Shown here piece after piece: positions 1-13,221 of a DNA stretch of 64,000 bases (the first letter of the stretch is position 1; each line of letters begins with the position of its first letter). Origin of the DNA: Leucoraja ocellata. Its lineage: Eukaryota. Below the pieces are notes generated by a model that was given only the letters and a program-made list of their open reading frames with translations, ran no database searches and had not been told where the DNA came from. The stretch covers positions 62,001 through 126,000 of the forward strand of contig JAWMAR010000709.1 in assembly GCA_036785375.1 (NCBI GenBank). The letters are read 5' to 3'. The translations under genes were made by a program, and so were the position numbers.

Positions 1-2421
1 TGTTTGTGCTCCTCTTCCCCCTTGAGAATGTCATACAGTCACTCTGAGACATCCTGGACCATTGCACCAGGAATGGACCTCACCATCTTGGAACCTCGAC
101 TGCTGCCGCTTCTTGCCTGAAACAAGAGTGTCCACATCATAGGGGGAAGTAAATCTTGTGAAAGAGAGAGAAAACAAGCACATTGCTTTTGGATGCCTCT
201 CTGAGGACCTTGGAGAAGAAAATACAAACCCAGGAATTTCAGTTATATGACCTGAGTGCAGTGTATTGGAATTGGTTTATTATTGTCACGCATAGTGAGA
301 TGTAGTGAAGATCTTTGTTGTGTGTGCTATTGAGGCAGGCACACTGTATACAAATATAATTGTGCCATACATGAATGTTGCAAGATGGTTACATAATTTG
401 CATCTTCAAGTGGAATATTGGATCAAATGCACCCCCAGCCTCATCACGATACGGTACGATACGCTAGAACTTTATTCATCCCTGGAGGGAAATTAGTCTG
501 CCAACAGTCATAACACCAAGGTACATGAAAACTTAAAATTAAAATTAAATTAAAAGTGAAAAGTGAAAAAAAAAAGAAAAAGACCAGCACAGCCAATTCA
601 CCCTGCAATCTTTCCCAACCAAGCAAAGGTGAACATGTGCAATTATGAAGTACTGGCAGGAAGGCGGCTGAGGCAATCAGTACAAATGAATTCGATTGTC
701 AATGTTACTGGTATGGCTGCATATCAATTCAAGTCACTTACTCCATTTTTGTGACCTTACAACACATGAGCATTTCTGAAAAGTTAAAAACTAGAATTTC
801 CTTTTTAAAATGTTTTAATATTATTAGTTTTAAAAATAGAACAAATTAATTAAATTATGAGGTCAGGCCCTTAAACAGCTTAAGCAGTTTATAGGATGGT
901 GGTCCGCCACATACACCATGAGCAAGGTTAGCGGTTCATTTCTCATGATGTGTGTGTGGCGGATCATCACAACCTTGGATGGTACGATTATATTTCTATA
1001 TAGTGTGCCTGACTCAACAGCACACAAAACAAAGATCCTCACTGCATCTCGCTACGTATGACAATAATAAAAAACAATTCCAATACACTGCATTCAGACC
1101 AAAATTCCTGACTTTGCTTTTCCTCAACAAAAAACATTGCTTTCACCCCTGTGAACAAGATTCAAAATTGAAAATCGAATGTTTACGCTCTTACATTTAG
1201 CACCGTTGCTGATCTCATGCTCAAACCACACAGTTTGCACACACTGTTAGCTAGGCAAACACGACGGGCAAAGGCAAAAGAAAAAGACTAATAGCACTTC
1301 CTATAGCAGGCAATGTTTAAATGCGGGCAGCAGTCACTATAACTGGGGTAGGCAAGCTAACTCATGGAAGGACAGGACCCAGGCTATATTTGGAGCATCC
1401 ACTAATGAGATTGTGACCAATAGAGAGTTCAACAAGTGATGAGCAGTATCGGTACATCAATCACAGCTTGTCACACCTTAATTTCATCAGTGAATCATAC
1501 ACCGTGTGCTCCATAGCATAACTTTATCTCTCTGTGCCTTCATTCAGCTACCCAAGAAATGCTACTTAGCCATGCAGTGGATGGCAACAGAAAACAAAGC
1601 CTCCATCAATCAACTTTCACTCATGAACTCCAAGACAGATCATTGTGTAATTTAGAATTTAGCTCAGAGGTAGGAATTGCATTAGTGACCTGCAGCCAAA
1701 GTAAGGGGACAACAAGGATAGATAGAACAGCAGCAATTTGCAAATAATAAAACTAAAGACTTTCACAGCATTAGATGGCATAAATAGGTTAGTCCACAGA
1801 AGAAGAGTGATGGGAATGTACAATGAAATACTTGAGATGCTGGGAAGCTCAGTGAAATGATTGCATTCAGTGATAAAGGCCACAGGGGAGCCCGACCAAA
1901 TTCACATAGGGCTTATTCTCAATAGACTTATCAGTGAGGTTTGATCATTCAAAATCCTGTAAAATGAATTACTCTATTGGAAAACCATAGTCACCTGTAT
2001 TGCAATTGCTAATGTACAATTCAGAGAAACAAAAGATATATTTCAAGAATGAACAGACATAATCTCTTATCTGTGCTTTGTTTCTGTGCGTGTATTCATA
2101 TAGATCTGGATAAATGTTTAATTGGGTATATTGCCAGCTAATGCGAGTGTTTGATTCACAGAATCTTTTATTTTATTTATTTGAGGTAAAACGTGTAGAT
2201 TTATTTATGCTGTGGCTAGATCTGTTTCAGTGATGAGTAGTCAAATTAATATATCCTGATGAAATACTGATCAATGAAATATGATTATAAGACTTTGTCA
2301 TTTTGTGGGTATTTTTTAAATTACTTGTAGATCCTCACAGTACAGGTAGTAGCATTATTTAGATTTTTTATGACAATATTGGATGTATTTCGCATAATAT
2401 CGGAAAAACGTGGAAGTAATT

Positions 2422-2880
2422 GGCCTGTCCCACTTAGGCAATTTTTTAGGCAACTACAGGAGACTAAGCGGTCGCCACATGGTCGCCGGTGGTCATCGGG
2501 GTGTCACCTGTATGGTCGTGAGTAATCTCCTCAGTCGCCCAAAGAGTCGTAGCATCTTTCTGGTCGCTGAAAATGTTTCAACATGTTGAAAATTTTTTGT
2601 CGACAGTGGCGACTGTGGGTTGGCGCCAATGAGTGTAGCTTGACGTAGGTGCAGTCGTAGGTTGACGCCAGGTTAAGGTAGGTAGTCGCCAGGATGTTAT
2701 AGGTTGTCTCCAGGATGTCGTAGGTTGTCGCCAGGTGAGGTAGGTTGTCGCCGGTGCTGACCGGTGAATTTCAATGTTGTATTTGCCACCTCATTAGTCC
2801 AGTCGCCATTTTTTTGGCAACCTGCTACGACTATGATAGTCGACGGCAGTCGCCTAAAAATCGCCTAAGTGGGCCAGGCC
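2422..2880. mobile_element. Non-autonomous DNA transposon (MITE)
   Basis: Terminal inverted repeats ggcctgtcccacttaggc...gcctaagtgggccaggcc with internal gtcgcc/gtaggt short repeats and no ORF. Confidence 0.8.
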
Positions 2881-3740
2881 TTTCATTGTTAAAATTAATA
2901 CTGAGTTACTTAATTTTCACATTTTCACACCATGGCAAATTTGCTCTCTAAGCACTAACGTTTTGGTACTTATGAGATACATGAAAATTTAACAATTTCA
3001 GCTACTAATCATTTTAGGTGATTTCTTAAATGTGGAGTATGGCTCAGACATATGATTTTTAATAAATAAAATTAGGATCTTCAGAGTTTACTCTAAGCAA
3101 TGTTTAGTGGACAAGCTGCCACAGAATGAATTGATAAATAGCAGCAATTGGTCTGCCACTATACATGTGCAAGCTTTGATGCTACTCAATACCAATATTT
3201 ACACTAATAATACTGCATGCCTAGAAATTTGATGGTTTTACACATTTTTCCTGTAGTGTTAACAGCTGGAAAATAGATTTTTCCCCATTATAAAACATTA
3301 TGACCATGTCAGATATTTTTGAAGGCACTCCAGGAATTTGGCTGGATATAACTCACCCTTGATTAGATACACAATTAATCCCCACATAATGCTTCTTGGC
3401 AGACCCGTGGGAAGTCTGGTCATTCCAGGAGATTTAATTGTTGGTCTTTATTTTGAACCCATTGATTGAGGCCACTTTTATGTTAAGTCCCTCACTTATC
3501 TTGGATACTTTAATCTCCAGGTTCCTGTCCCTCCCTAATTTCACTCACTCCAGGTCACTTCTCCAAAGACCCAGATGAATTCACCACAACCTGCACCCTT
3601 CCCTTCCACTTAACATAGTCACCATTCTTGACTCTTCACTCAATGTTGCTCAGCCTTCCCATCGGTCTCCAGTAGCTTATCCTATTCTCCCACCTTCCAC
3701 CAATGCACCTACCTCACTGCAAGGCCAGGAAAATGTGGAA

Positions 3741-4205
3741 ACAAGGAACTGCAGATGCTGGTTTACAAAGAAACACACAGTGCTGGAGTAACTCAGCAGG
3801 TCAAGCAGCATCTCTAGAGAACACGGATGGGTGACTTTTGGCTTGGGACTCTTCATCAGACTGATTGTGCGGGATGGGGTGATGAGGGGGAGGGAGGCTG
3901 CAAGGGAGGTGGGGTTGGGATAAAGCCAGGCAAGTATTAGGTGGACACAGGTGAAAGTCTTTTTGAGGCAGATGATTGGAAAAAAAGCCAGCGATGAAAA
4001 GACAGAAGATGTGAGACGTAAGGATTGAAGAGGTGTGAATTGTGAAGCTAGAAGAAGAAGAAGTGAAGGTGGGAAGGAATGGGAGGGGTAGTGGAGAAAT
4101 AGATATGTCCAGGTGCAGCATAGGGTAGAGAGGGGGGAGGAAATAGGAAGAGGGGAAAGAAAAGGGAGGGTGTGGGTTGTAGTTACCTAAAATTGGAGTG
4201 TTCAA
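3741..4205 (-). mobile_element. Penelope-like element 3' end/terminal repeat
   Basis: On the minus strand, ...EHSNFR* (resembling a PLE ORF C-terminus) is followed by a pyrimidine-rich UTR, a ctgatga hammerhead-like core and the gcatctgcagttcctt tail shared by many copies in the window. Confidence 0.6.
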
Positions 4206-4365
4206 TTCGATCACTTTTCAATACCGATTCAATTTTATACCCTTCGATTCTAAAGTAACCAACCAACTAAGGTGCTGTTCCTCCAGTCTATATACAAAAC
4301 ATAATATTTTACATTTGTACTGGTAGGGCCATGTACACTGTTAAAACAGTTGTTTATATGTTGAA

Positions 4366-4555
4366 ACAAGGAACTGCAGATGGTGATTAACAAAACAAGA
4401 CACAACGTGCTGGAGTCACTCAGCGGGTAGGGCAGCATCTGTGGAGAATGCTCAATCATAATCAGCCCGAAAAAGGGTCCTGACTCGAAACGTCACCTGT
4501 CCACTTTCTCCAGAGATGCCGCCTGACTGGCTGAGTACACCAGTACTTGTATCTT
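4366..4555. mobile_element. Inverted pair of Penelope-type terminal fragments
   Basis: gctggagtcactcagcgggtagggcagcatct ... agatgccgcctgactggctgagtacaccag inverted arrangement around a degenerate gggtc..gaaacgtc core. Confidence 0.6.
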
Positions 4556-5877
4556 TTTTTAAAAATAGAAGTTATCTCTGCTACAATAACCTAGCTTATA
4601 CAAGCAAATAAAGAACTAATCGTGACTATAAGCAAATAAATTACTAATTATGACTGGAACAATCTTCGATGAACTTGAAGCTGGAACCTCAGGGATTCTA
4701 TGTACATGTAAGAGAAAATAATATAAATATAATTTTTTTTCTACATGTATAATCGAATGAATGCACAATTTGCCATATCACAAACGTAACGGCAACTAGC
4801 CAAGGAATGTGTCCTTCAGATGGTATCCCCATGCAAGCAAATGTGGTTGGATTTTTTTTTTTTTAAATACAATTACTTTCAATCAATGCCCCCATTTATC
4901 AATATGACTACAGTGGCATATAAAGAATGCTGATGAAATAGTTCTAACATTCGCGCTGCTCCCTTTAAATCCATGTCCATGTGGAGTGAATCCAGTAATG
5001 TTAGATGTAACAAAACTTTTATTGTAATAAAATTCAGCAGGGCCAAACAAATCAAACAAAGGTCTGGCTGTTCACCAAAGGATTGGCAATTTGCTGAATG
5101 AAAAAAAATGAAGGAACTACTCATTGGCACCTCTAAATGTGTTGTGAAAAAATCTATACCACGTAGGTATTCTATAGCATGTGCTATTTTTGTGCAGGCT
5201 ATTTTTACCCTGTTAAACAGTCCCCTCAATCCAAGTGACACAACATTGTGCCGTTTTGCATGATTGCAAGTCTTTTCAAAATTCACTGATTGAACAAGTA
5301 TCCGACCTCCATGCCATCAAACTTTCCCAACGCAAAATGCTGACATATAATTATTTCTCCATCACTTGGCTTACCTCAAATTTAATATATTTCTATGTTG
5401 TCCCAAAAGTTCCACGTCTCTCATTCCTTTTTTTACTACCGTTATGACAGAACACCCAGTATGCTTAACTTTAGGTCGTGAAATGTTTTCCTGGCTTTTT
5501 CATCATGTTATATTTTCAGCATACTGATCTGGATTATTTTTTTCAATCTGCTGTCCACGAGTTGAAACGTTTGAGATAAGGATTTCAAGCATTTGATAAC
5601 CTCTTGATCTAAGCCTGTAGAATGCATTTTACATTCAAGGGAAGGAAGTCCAGTGTAACTTCTCCCGAGTCATTGCAGATGCACCAGACTTTGTTGATGA
5701 ACATCAGCGACTTACATTGTGGGAAACTACTTTTTAAAAATCTATTAACCCGATCTTTTCTCCGGAAGTCTCGTAACCTAGCTACATTTTTAATGGGAAA
5801 ACGATTATTTTAAAAATCAGTTTTGGTTATATTATAATTGAGTCACAACCATGTTACTTACTATTTTGCTTTAAACA

Positions 5878-6190
5878 ATGGGGCAGCACTGTGGCACAGC
5901 TGATAAAGTTGCTGCATCTAGCGCCAGAGGCCCGGGTGCGATCCTGACTTCGGGTGGTGTCCATGTGGAGTTTTCCTGTTTCCCTGCATATCCACGGGGG
6001 TCCTCTGGATGGTCTGATTTCCTCCCAGATCCCAAAGGCACACTGCCTTGCTGGTTAATTAGCCTCTATTAATTGTCCTGTATAGAGAGTTGATGTGAAA
6101 GTGGGATAATGTTGAACTACTGTGAATGGGTGATCAATGGTCAGCATGGACTTGGTGGGCCGAAAGGCCTGTTTCCTTGCTGTATCTTTC
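5878..6190 (+). mobile_element. tRNA-derived SINE
   Basis: gcactgtggcacagc A-box-like and gggtgcgatcctgact B-box-like head, with a CR1-like tail (tgggccgaaaggcctgtttcc). Homologous to 42832-43130. Confidence 0.75.
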
Positions 6191-6759
6191 AAGCAAGGAG
6201 GGTTCTAAATTTAAAATCATTATTCTGCTTAAAGCAACTCATTTTTTATTTGAAACATGATGCCTTCAGAATATAGCAGAGTTGGTTTTTGCTGGTAAAA
6301 CATTGCCTGCCAGTGAAATGGTGCTCTCTCGGGGCCCTGTTCCAAGCAGATTTGTAACTTGGTTTCTTGGTGGTTTGATTTCCACAGACAAAGATGGTTC
6401 ATTATTCCAACATTTGAATGCAAATTGGTGCAGGGAGAGTTGCCTTCGGTGAAAATTGTCTTTTGAAATTTGGCCACACCAAGGGTGCTGCATTTTCCCA
6501 GTATTCAACAATTGTCAACTAGATTGCACATCAATTTCAGTGGGGCTAATCCCATTAACCTCTAACACAAAACAAATCTCATATAAATGAGCAAGAATTG
6601 AGGCATAGATCAGCCATGATCATGCAGAATGGCATGGCACCCTTGAGGCCATGGTAGACTCCTCCTGCTCCTATTTTCTGGTCATACAATCACACAGCAT
6701 GCAAACAAGCCCTTCAGCCCAACTCGTGCATGCCGACTAGGTGCCCATCTGAACATGGC

Positions 6760-9700
6760 GAGAAGAGCGGAGTAAAGGAGTGCTGAGCTGGCAGACAAGT
6801 CAATTTCAAGGCAGGAAGCAGAGCAGCAGCAGCAGTCGGGAGTTTAAAAGGAGCCGTTGGGATTAAATAAAGTAATGATACAGGATCACTTGATGTGCTG
6901 AAGCTGCATGATGTGGGAGCTGGTAGACCCTATTATAGTTCCTGGTGACCACAACTGCAGCAAGTGTTGGTTGCTTGAAGAATTCAAGCTCAAAACTGAG
7001 GAATGAATTGATCAGTTATGCTATAATTGAGTCACAACCATACTGACACTTTGCATTAAACAATGGGGCATTAATCCTTAACAGCATTGATGTATAAAGG
7101 GATCTTGGGTTCCAGAATCTGAGCTTCAAACACTGCAGCATGTCAGCAATGGGATAATTTCCTGGAAGTGTACCTAGAGGGAGTCACACTTGTTAGATTA
7201 ACTACTCCCAATTCGGTTTTTGCTCAGGAAGAAGAGGTTGTGACGGTGAATAAGGTAGGTAGGGGGATCCAAGTGACGGTGTTGGAGGAGCCTCAGCCTT
7301 TGTGCTTGCCTAACTGGTCTGAGAGTCTTGATCCCTGTGTGGATGAGAGTGGGGGTTGCAGGATGAATGAGCAACCTAACTATGGCACTGGGGATGAGGG
7401 AGCCATTCTAAACGGGGAGTGGGGGAGAAGAAGGGACATGTAGTTGTAATTGGGGTTAGTATAATCAGGGGCACAGAAACAATCCTCTGCGGCAAGGATT
7501 GAGAGTTCTGAGGCTTTGCTGCTTGCCTGGTGCCCGGGTTCGGGACATCACAACTCATCTGTAGAGGACTTTAGAATGGGAGGGAGTAGATCCAGTTGCG
7601 TGGTCCATGTTGATACCAATGACATGCGTAAAGCAAAGAAAGAGGTTCTGCTGTGGGAATATGAGCAGCTAGGAACTAAATTAAAACGCAGAACTAAAAA
7701 GGTAATAATCTATGGGATGCTACCTGAACCACGAGTAAATTGGCATAGAATCAATGAGATTAGATAATTAAATGCATAGCTAAAGATTGGTGTGTGAGAA
7801 GTGGGTTTGAATTTGTGGGACAATGGCATCAGTATTTTGGTGGCACAGTGGGACAGCAGGAGAGTTGCTGCCTTACAGTGCCAGAGACCTGGGTACGATC
7901 CTGACTGTGCGTGTTGTCTATACGATCGCCCTGTGTGCTGAGATTCAGATTCAGATTCAATTTAATTGTCATTGTCAGTGTACAGTACAGAGACAACGAA
8001 ATGCATTTAGCATCTCCCTTGAAGAGCGACATAGCAAACGATTTGAATAAATAATAATAAGTGTCTGGGGGGGGGGGGGGGGGGGGTGGTGATTGGCAGT
8101 CACCGAGGTACGTTGTTGAGTAGAGTGACAGCCACCGGAAAGAAGCTGTTCCTCGACCTGCTGGTTCGGCAACGGAGAGACCTGTAGCGCCTCCCGGATG
8201 GTAGGAGGGTAAACAGTCCATGGTTGGGGTGAGAGCAGTCCTTGGCGATGCTGAGCGCCCTCCGCAGACAGCGCTTGCTTTGGACAGACTCAATGGAGGG
8301 GAGCGAGGAACCGGTGATGCGTTGGGCAATATTCACCACCCTCTGCAATGCCTTCCGGTCGTAGACAGAGCAGTTGCCATACCATACTGCGATGCAGTTG
8401 GTAAGGATGCTCTTGATGGTGCAGCGGTAGAAGTTCACCAGGATCTGAGGAGACAAATGGACCTTCTTCAGTCTCCTCAGGAAGAAGAGACGCTGATGAA
8501 CCTTCTTGATCAGAGTAGAGGTATTGTGGGTCCAAGAGAGGTCATCGAGATGTTGACTCCCAGGAACCTGAAGCTAGAAACACGTTCCACCTCCGTCCCG
8601 TTAATGTGGATGGGGGTGTGCGTGCCGCCTCTGGACTTCCTGAAGTCTACAATGAGCTCCTTGGTCTTCTTGGAGTTAAGGGCCCGGTTGTTGTCAGCGC
8701 ACCATGCTGCTAAGTGCTGGACCTCCTCCCTGTAGGCCAGCTCATCGTTGTTGCTGATGAGGCCAATCACCGTTGTATCATCTGCATACTTGATGATGGT
8801 GTTAGTACCATGCTCGTGGGTTTCCTCTGGGTGCTCCGGTTTCCTCCCACTTTCGAATGACGTAGGTTTATGGGTTAATCGGCTTTTGTAATTGTCCCTG
8901 GTGTGTCTGATAGAACTGGTGTCGGTCAGCACAAATTTGTGGGGCCAAAGTATCTGTTTCCATGCTGTATCTTTAAATTAAAACTATGGGGAAAAGAGGA
9001 AGCTGTTCTGATGGGACAGACTCCACCGGGACCATGCTGGGAGCAGGATCCCATTGAATCGCATAACTAGGGCTTTAAACTAAATAGTGTGTTTGGGGTG
9101 GGGGACGTGTTTAAACACCATGCAAAAATATGGATAAAGATAAAGAAAAGGATAGTGCAGGGGAGGTTACTGAGGTCTGCAGAATAAGAAATAGAATTTC
9201 TTAAATAAGATTTGCTTTAACTGAACAAGTGCGAGGCATGAACTTTGAGAGGTCGAAAAAATACAGTTAATGGCAGGACCCTTAACAGCATTGATATATT
9301 CCAGGTCTATAGCTTCCTGAAAAGTGGCAACACAAGTAGATGCAGTGGTAAAGGCAGCACATAGTATGCTTGAGGCATTGTGTATAAAAGTCAAGAAGTC
9401 ATGTTACATCTTTATAGGACTTTGGTAAGCTGCATTTGGAGTATTGTGTGCAGTTATGGTGTCCCCAGTACAGGATGGACATGGAGGCTTTGGAAAGGGT
9501 AAAGAGAGGGTTTGTCAGAATTATACTTAAATTAAGATACTAGCTACAAGGAGAGGGTGGACAGACTTGGGTTGTTTTCTCTGAAACACTGGATGTTGAA
9601 GGGAAACTTGACAGACGTGTATAAAGTTATGAGTCAATGGGTACAAGGATGGAAATATCAAATACTAGAGCACACAGCCTTCAGGAGCAAGGGGTAAAGT

Positions 9701-9930
9701 TTTAAAACAATCATTTTCTTAAATACAGGGAGGCAGTGTGCCTGGAACGCATCCCAGAGTTGGCATTTTAGGCAGATCTGATAGTGCCTTTTAAGAAGCT
9801 TTTAAATAGGCACATGGATATGCAGGAAATGTACGGATATGGATCATGTGCAGGCAGATAAGGGTTTGTCTTGGCAACATATTATGCACAAACATGTGGG
9901 CTGAAGGGTCTGTTCCTGTGCTGTGCTGAT
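6760..9930 (+). mobile_element. Degenerate CR1 LINE (ORF1 zinc-finger/esterase remnants, deleted ORF2 3' part), interrupted by SINE and Rex1
   Basis: ORF1-like C..C...C.KC and VVIG.SIIRG/VVHVDTND esterase remnants at 6.9-7.8 kb; LEYCVQ-type ORF2 end at ~9.43 kb. Confidence 0.75.
7942..8811 (-). mobile_element. Rex1/Babar-clade LINE 3' fragment inserted in a SINE
   Basis: KYADDTTVIGLI RT motif, LVNFYRCTIKSILTNCIAVWYGNC and LLPSGRRYRS C-terminus, and a (tgaatc)n tail. The SINE head (7840-7940) resumes at ~8812. Confidence 0.85.
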
Positions 9931-9934
9931 CTAT

Positions 9935-10572
9935 ACATAGAAACATAAAAACATAGAAATTAGGTGCAGGAGTAGGCCATTCGGCCCTTCGAGCCTGCAC
10001 CGCCATTCAATATGATCATGGCTGATCATCCAACTCAGTATCCCGTACCTGCCTTCTCTCCATACCCCCTGATCCCCTTAGCCACAAGGGCCACATCTAA
10101 CTCCCTCTTAAATATAGCCAATGAACTGGCCTCAACTACCCTCTGTGGCAGAGAGTTCCAGAGATTCACCACTCTCTGCGTGAAAAAAGTTCTTCTCATC
10201 TCAGTTTTAAAGGATTTCCCCCTTATCCTTAAGCTGTGACCCCTTGTCCTGGACTTCCCTAACATCGGGAACAATCTTCCTGCATCTAGCCTGTCCAACC
10301 CCTTAAGAATTTTGTAAGTTTCTATAAGATCCCTCTCAATCTTCTAAATTCTAGAGAGTACAAACCAAGTCTATCCAGTTTTTCTTCATAAGACAGTCCC
10401 GACATCCCAGGAATCAGTCTGGTGAACAGTCTCTGCACTCCCTCCATGGCAATAATGTCCCTCCTCAGATTTGGAGACCAAAACTGTACGCAATACTCCA
10501 GGTGTGGTCCCACCAAGACCCTGTACAACTGCAGTAGAACCTCCCTGCTCCTATACTCAAATCCTTTTGCAT
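9935..10572 (-). mobile_element. CR1 LINE 3' end
   Basis: PHLEYCVQFWSP, RTRGHSL and FFTQRVVNLWNSLP motifs; (ttctatgt)n tail. Confidence 0.9.
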
Positions 10573-12787
10573 GCTCCTTACATGAACCGTTTAAACTGTT
10601 TATTTGCCCGTAATTAAACCAACATTTCCCTTCCATGACTTGGCACAGGTCATTGCTTCGAGATCATAATGAAGATATATATAGCTGTGTATTTGTGAAT
10701 ATGTGTATAAATACCACACTGAACTTTTTTTTCTCTCTCGGTTATTACATTGTTTACAGTGTGTGCTATGTTTACATATTCTGTTGTGCTGCAGCAAGTA
10801 AGAATGCCATTGTTCTACTGCATCTGGGACATATGACAATAAAACACTCTTGACTCTTGAGGAGCTTCTGCTGTACTTCATCCTTTTCCGAGGAAGAATA
10901 ATGTTGGTATTATATTTCTTCCAGACAGGATGCTACATTAGCAGTCCATTGATTGATCGAGGCCTGCTCATCCACTGAGAGAATAGAAATTTTCTTAGAA
11001 AATTCTATATCATCCAAGTTAAATATTCATCTGTAGATTTAAATTAAATTTAAAGCGCTTTGCTCTTTTCACTTAATGGATTAATAAAGGAATGGCTGCC
11101 ATCCAAGAACCAATTGTACTGATATTAAATTAAAATCACATATTTTGAAATTCAGTGATAAAAATACTACCATTGGGAAATCATATAAGGTTGATAACTA
11201 CAATCATTTTGTTAATCCTAATCTCAGTGCTGGTTTCCTCTGGGTGCCCCAGTCTCCTCCAACCCTAACCCCAAAGACGTGCTTGTTGATAGATTAATTA
11301 GCCACTTACAGTAAATTGTTCCTCAGGTGTAGGTGAATAGTGGAATCTTTGGGAGGAGGGGTGTGTGGAAGAAGGGAATTAATTAGGATTCAAGAAAAAT
11401 TAAAACAATGAGATTAATGGACAATTAATATAAATGGATGGTTGATAGTCAGCAGACCAAAGGGCTGATTTCTGAGCTGTATGTCTCAACAATTCTTAGA
11501 GCTTTAAACAGACTAATTAAAAATAACCTCAAGGAATATCGAATACCAAGTGAAAACACGTCTTCCAAGATTTACTATGTCAATTGGAAAGATTGAATCC
11601 AAGTAAATCAAACCACAAAATAAATTTGGGATATTCTATTCATTGGTCATTTGTGCATTGACCCAACAAACCTTTCCTTCCATAATTGTTAATTTGTTTT
11701 TTTTGTTCCATGGTTACGGAGTTTATCTTATCAAATATTCCTATTAAAACAAAATGCAATTACACTAATGATGTAAAACAGTATCAGGCGTTTATTGCAT
11801 GGCGTGTAACCAATTGCTACATTTTATCAACAAACTGAACTACATATTAAAATTAGTATACATAGTTTGCAGATAAAAACAGGTTGTTAATCTGAACGTT
11901 TGATGAGTGAGAAAAAATTACTTAATGGAGTTAATCTGAACAGTACATCGATTCACAAAAACTGGATGGCATCCCTACTGATTCAAAAGTAACATCACAA
12001 ATCTTTGAGATTATACAACTGATCCCAAAGATTATTGTCATCACAACTTTTTTTTGCTATGCAGCTAAAGCTTCCTCTTGCCATTTACTTACTACAGCAT
12101 TTACAGCAGTGGTATCTGTAAACATAATGCAACATTAAAGCAGTGTTTGCATTTATTCTTGTGAAAATGCAACAAAACTCTTTCATCACAATGTATGAAC
12201 TATTGTCTATTAAATGAACGCAACGTTTAAAGCTGCATGCACCCAAATAACTTGGAAATAGACACAAAAAAGATGTTGTGGATTGCCATTAAAAACTGGT
12301 AGATTAACAATCTGTAAGGATGCAGTGTAAGGATTCAGCGAGAGAGAGAGTCAATGTTTCTACTACTTTGGCTAATAATCGCTCAGTCCCATTGTTTTCT
12401 GCAATCAGGTGATACTTTGTACCCAAGCACAAAGAGAAAAATCTGCATGTCACGAAGCAAATTAAGAACACTGAAGTACATATCTTTAACATGTGAAAAA
12501 GGCCATAACAGCAGCTATAATTCTGGGTGCCAGTGACATGCAAGTAATTTAGTATAAAGGGTCAAAGTACAATGGACACAGATTTTTGTACCAGTTGGAA
12601 TAATGCATAGAGCCATAAATACCTTACTAATGGAAGGAGGTTGACTATGGTTTGGAAACAAAAAAAAACTATATAAATCTGATCAGTTATGATTCCAAAA
12701 TTGTAGCCCCCTTCTGGAGAGACCAAAAACGGATTATAAAAATGTTGCAAAGATTTCAAACCGATGAATGGTAATAGACTTTGTAGA

Positions 12788-13221
12788 CAGTGCCGGATTT
12801 ACGTATAAGCTAAACAAGCTATAGCTTAGGGCCTCCACTTTCTAGGGGGCCCCCGAAAAAATTGATGGGCCTCGAGGTCTAGGGGGGCCTCCGGCCAAGG
12901 CAAAACACCTTCCGTTCAACTCTGGGCGGCCCCCCTCTCTATCTCTCTCTCTCCATCTCCCCCCACTATCTGTGTCCGGGCCGCCGGGCTCCACTCGCTC
13001 CTCATCCGCCGGCACGGTAGGCCGCCTTGCACATGCGCACAACCACGGCCAGCACATCATCGGCCGCCCTGCGCATGCGCACTGCAACGGCAACTGGTCG
13101 GCGCTGGGCACTTTCTCCCTCGCTTTGAATTGTGGGAGATTTGGCCGCCATGGCTGTCCGGTCGTTGGGGGCCTCACAAGTGGAACAGCTTAGGGCCTCT
13201 CTTCATCTAAATCCAGTACTG
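12788..13221. mobile_element. Non-autonomous hAT element
   Basis: TIR cagtgccggattta...taaatccagtactg; perfect 8-bp TSD tttgtaga; subterminal cttagggcctc repeats. Confidence 0.88.

Noticed and set aside
8220-8735. 171-aa plus-strand ORF
   Set aside because: Antisense shadow of the Rex1 ORF.
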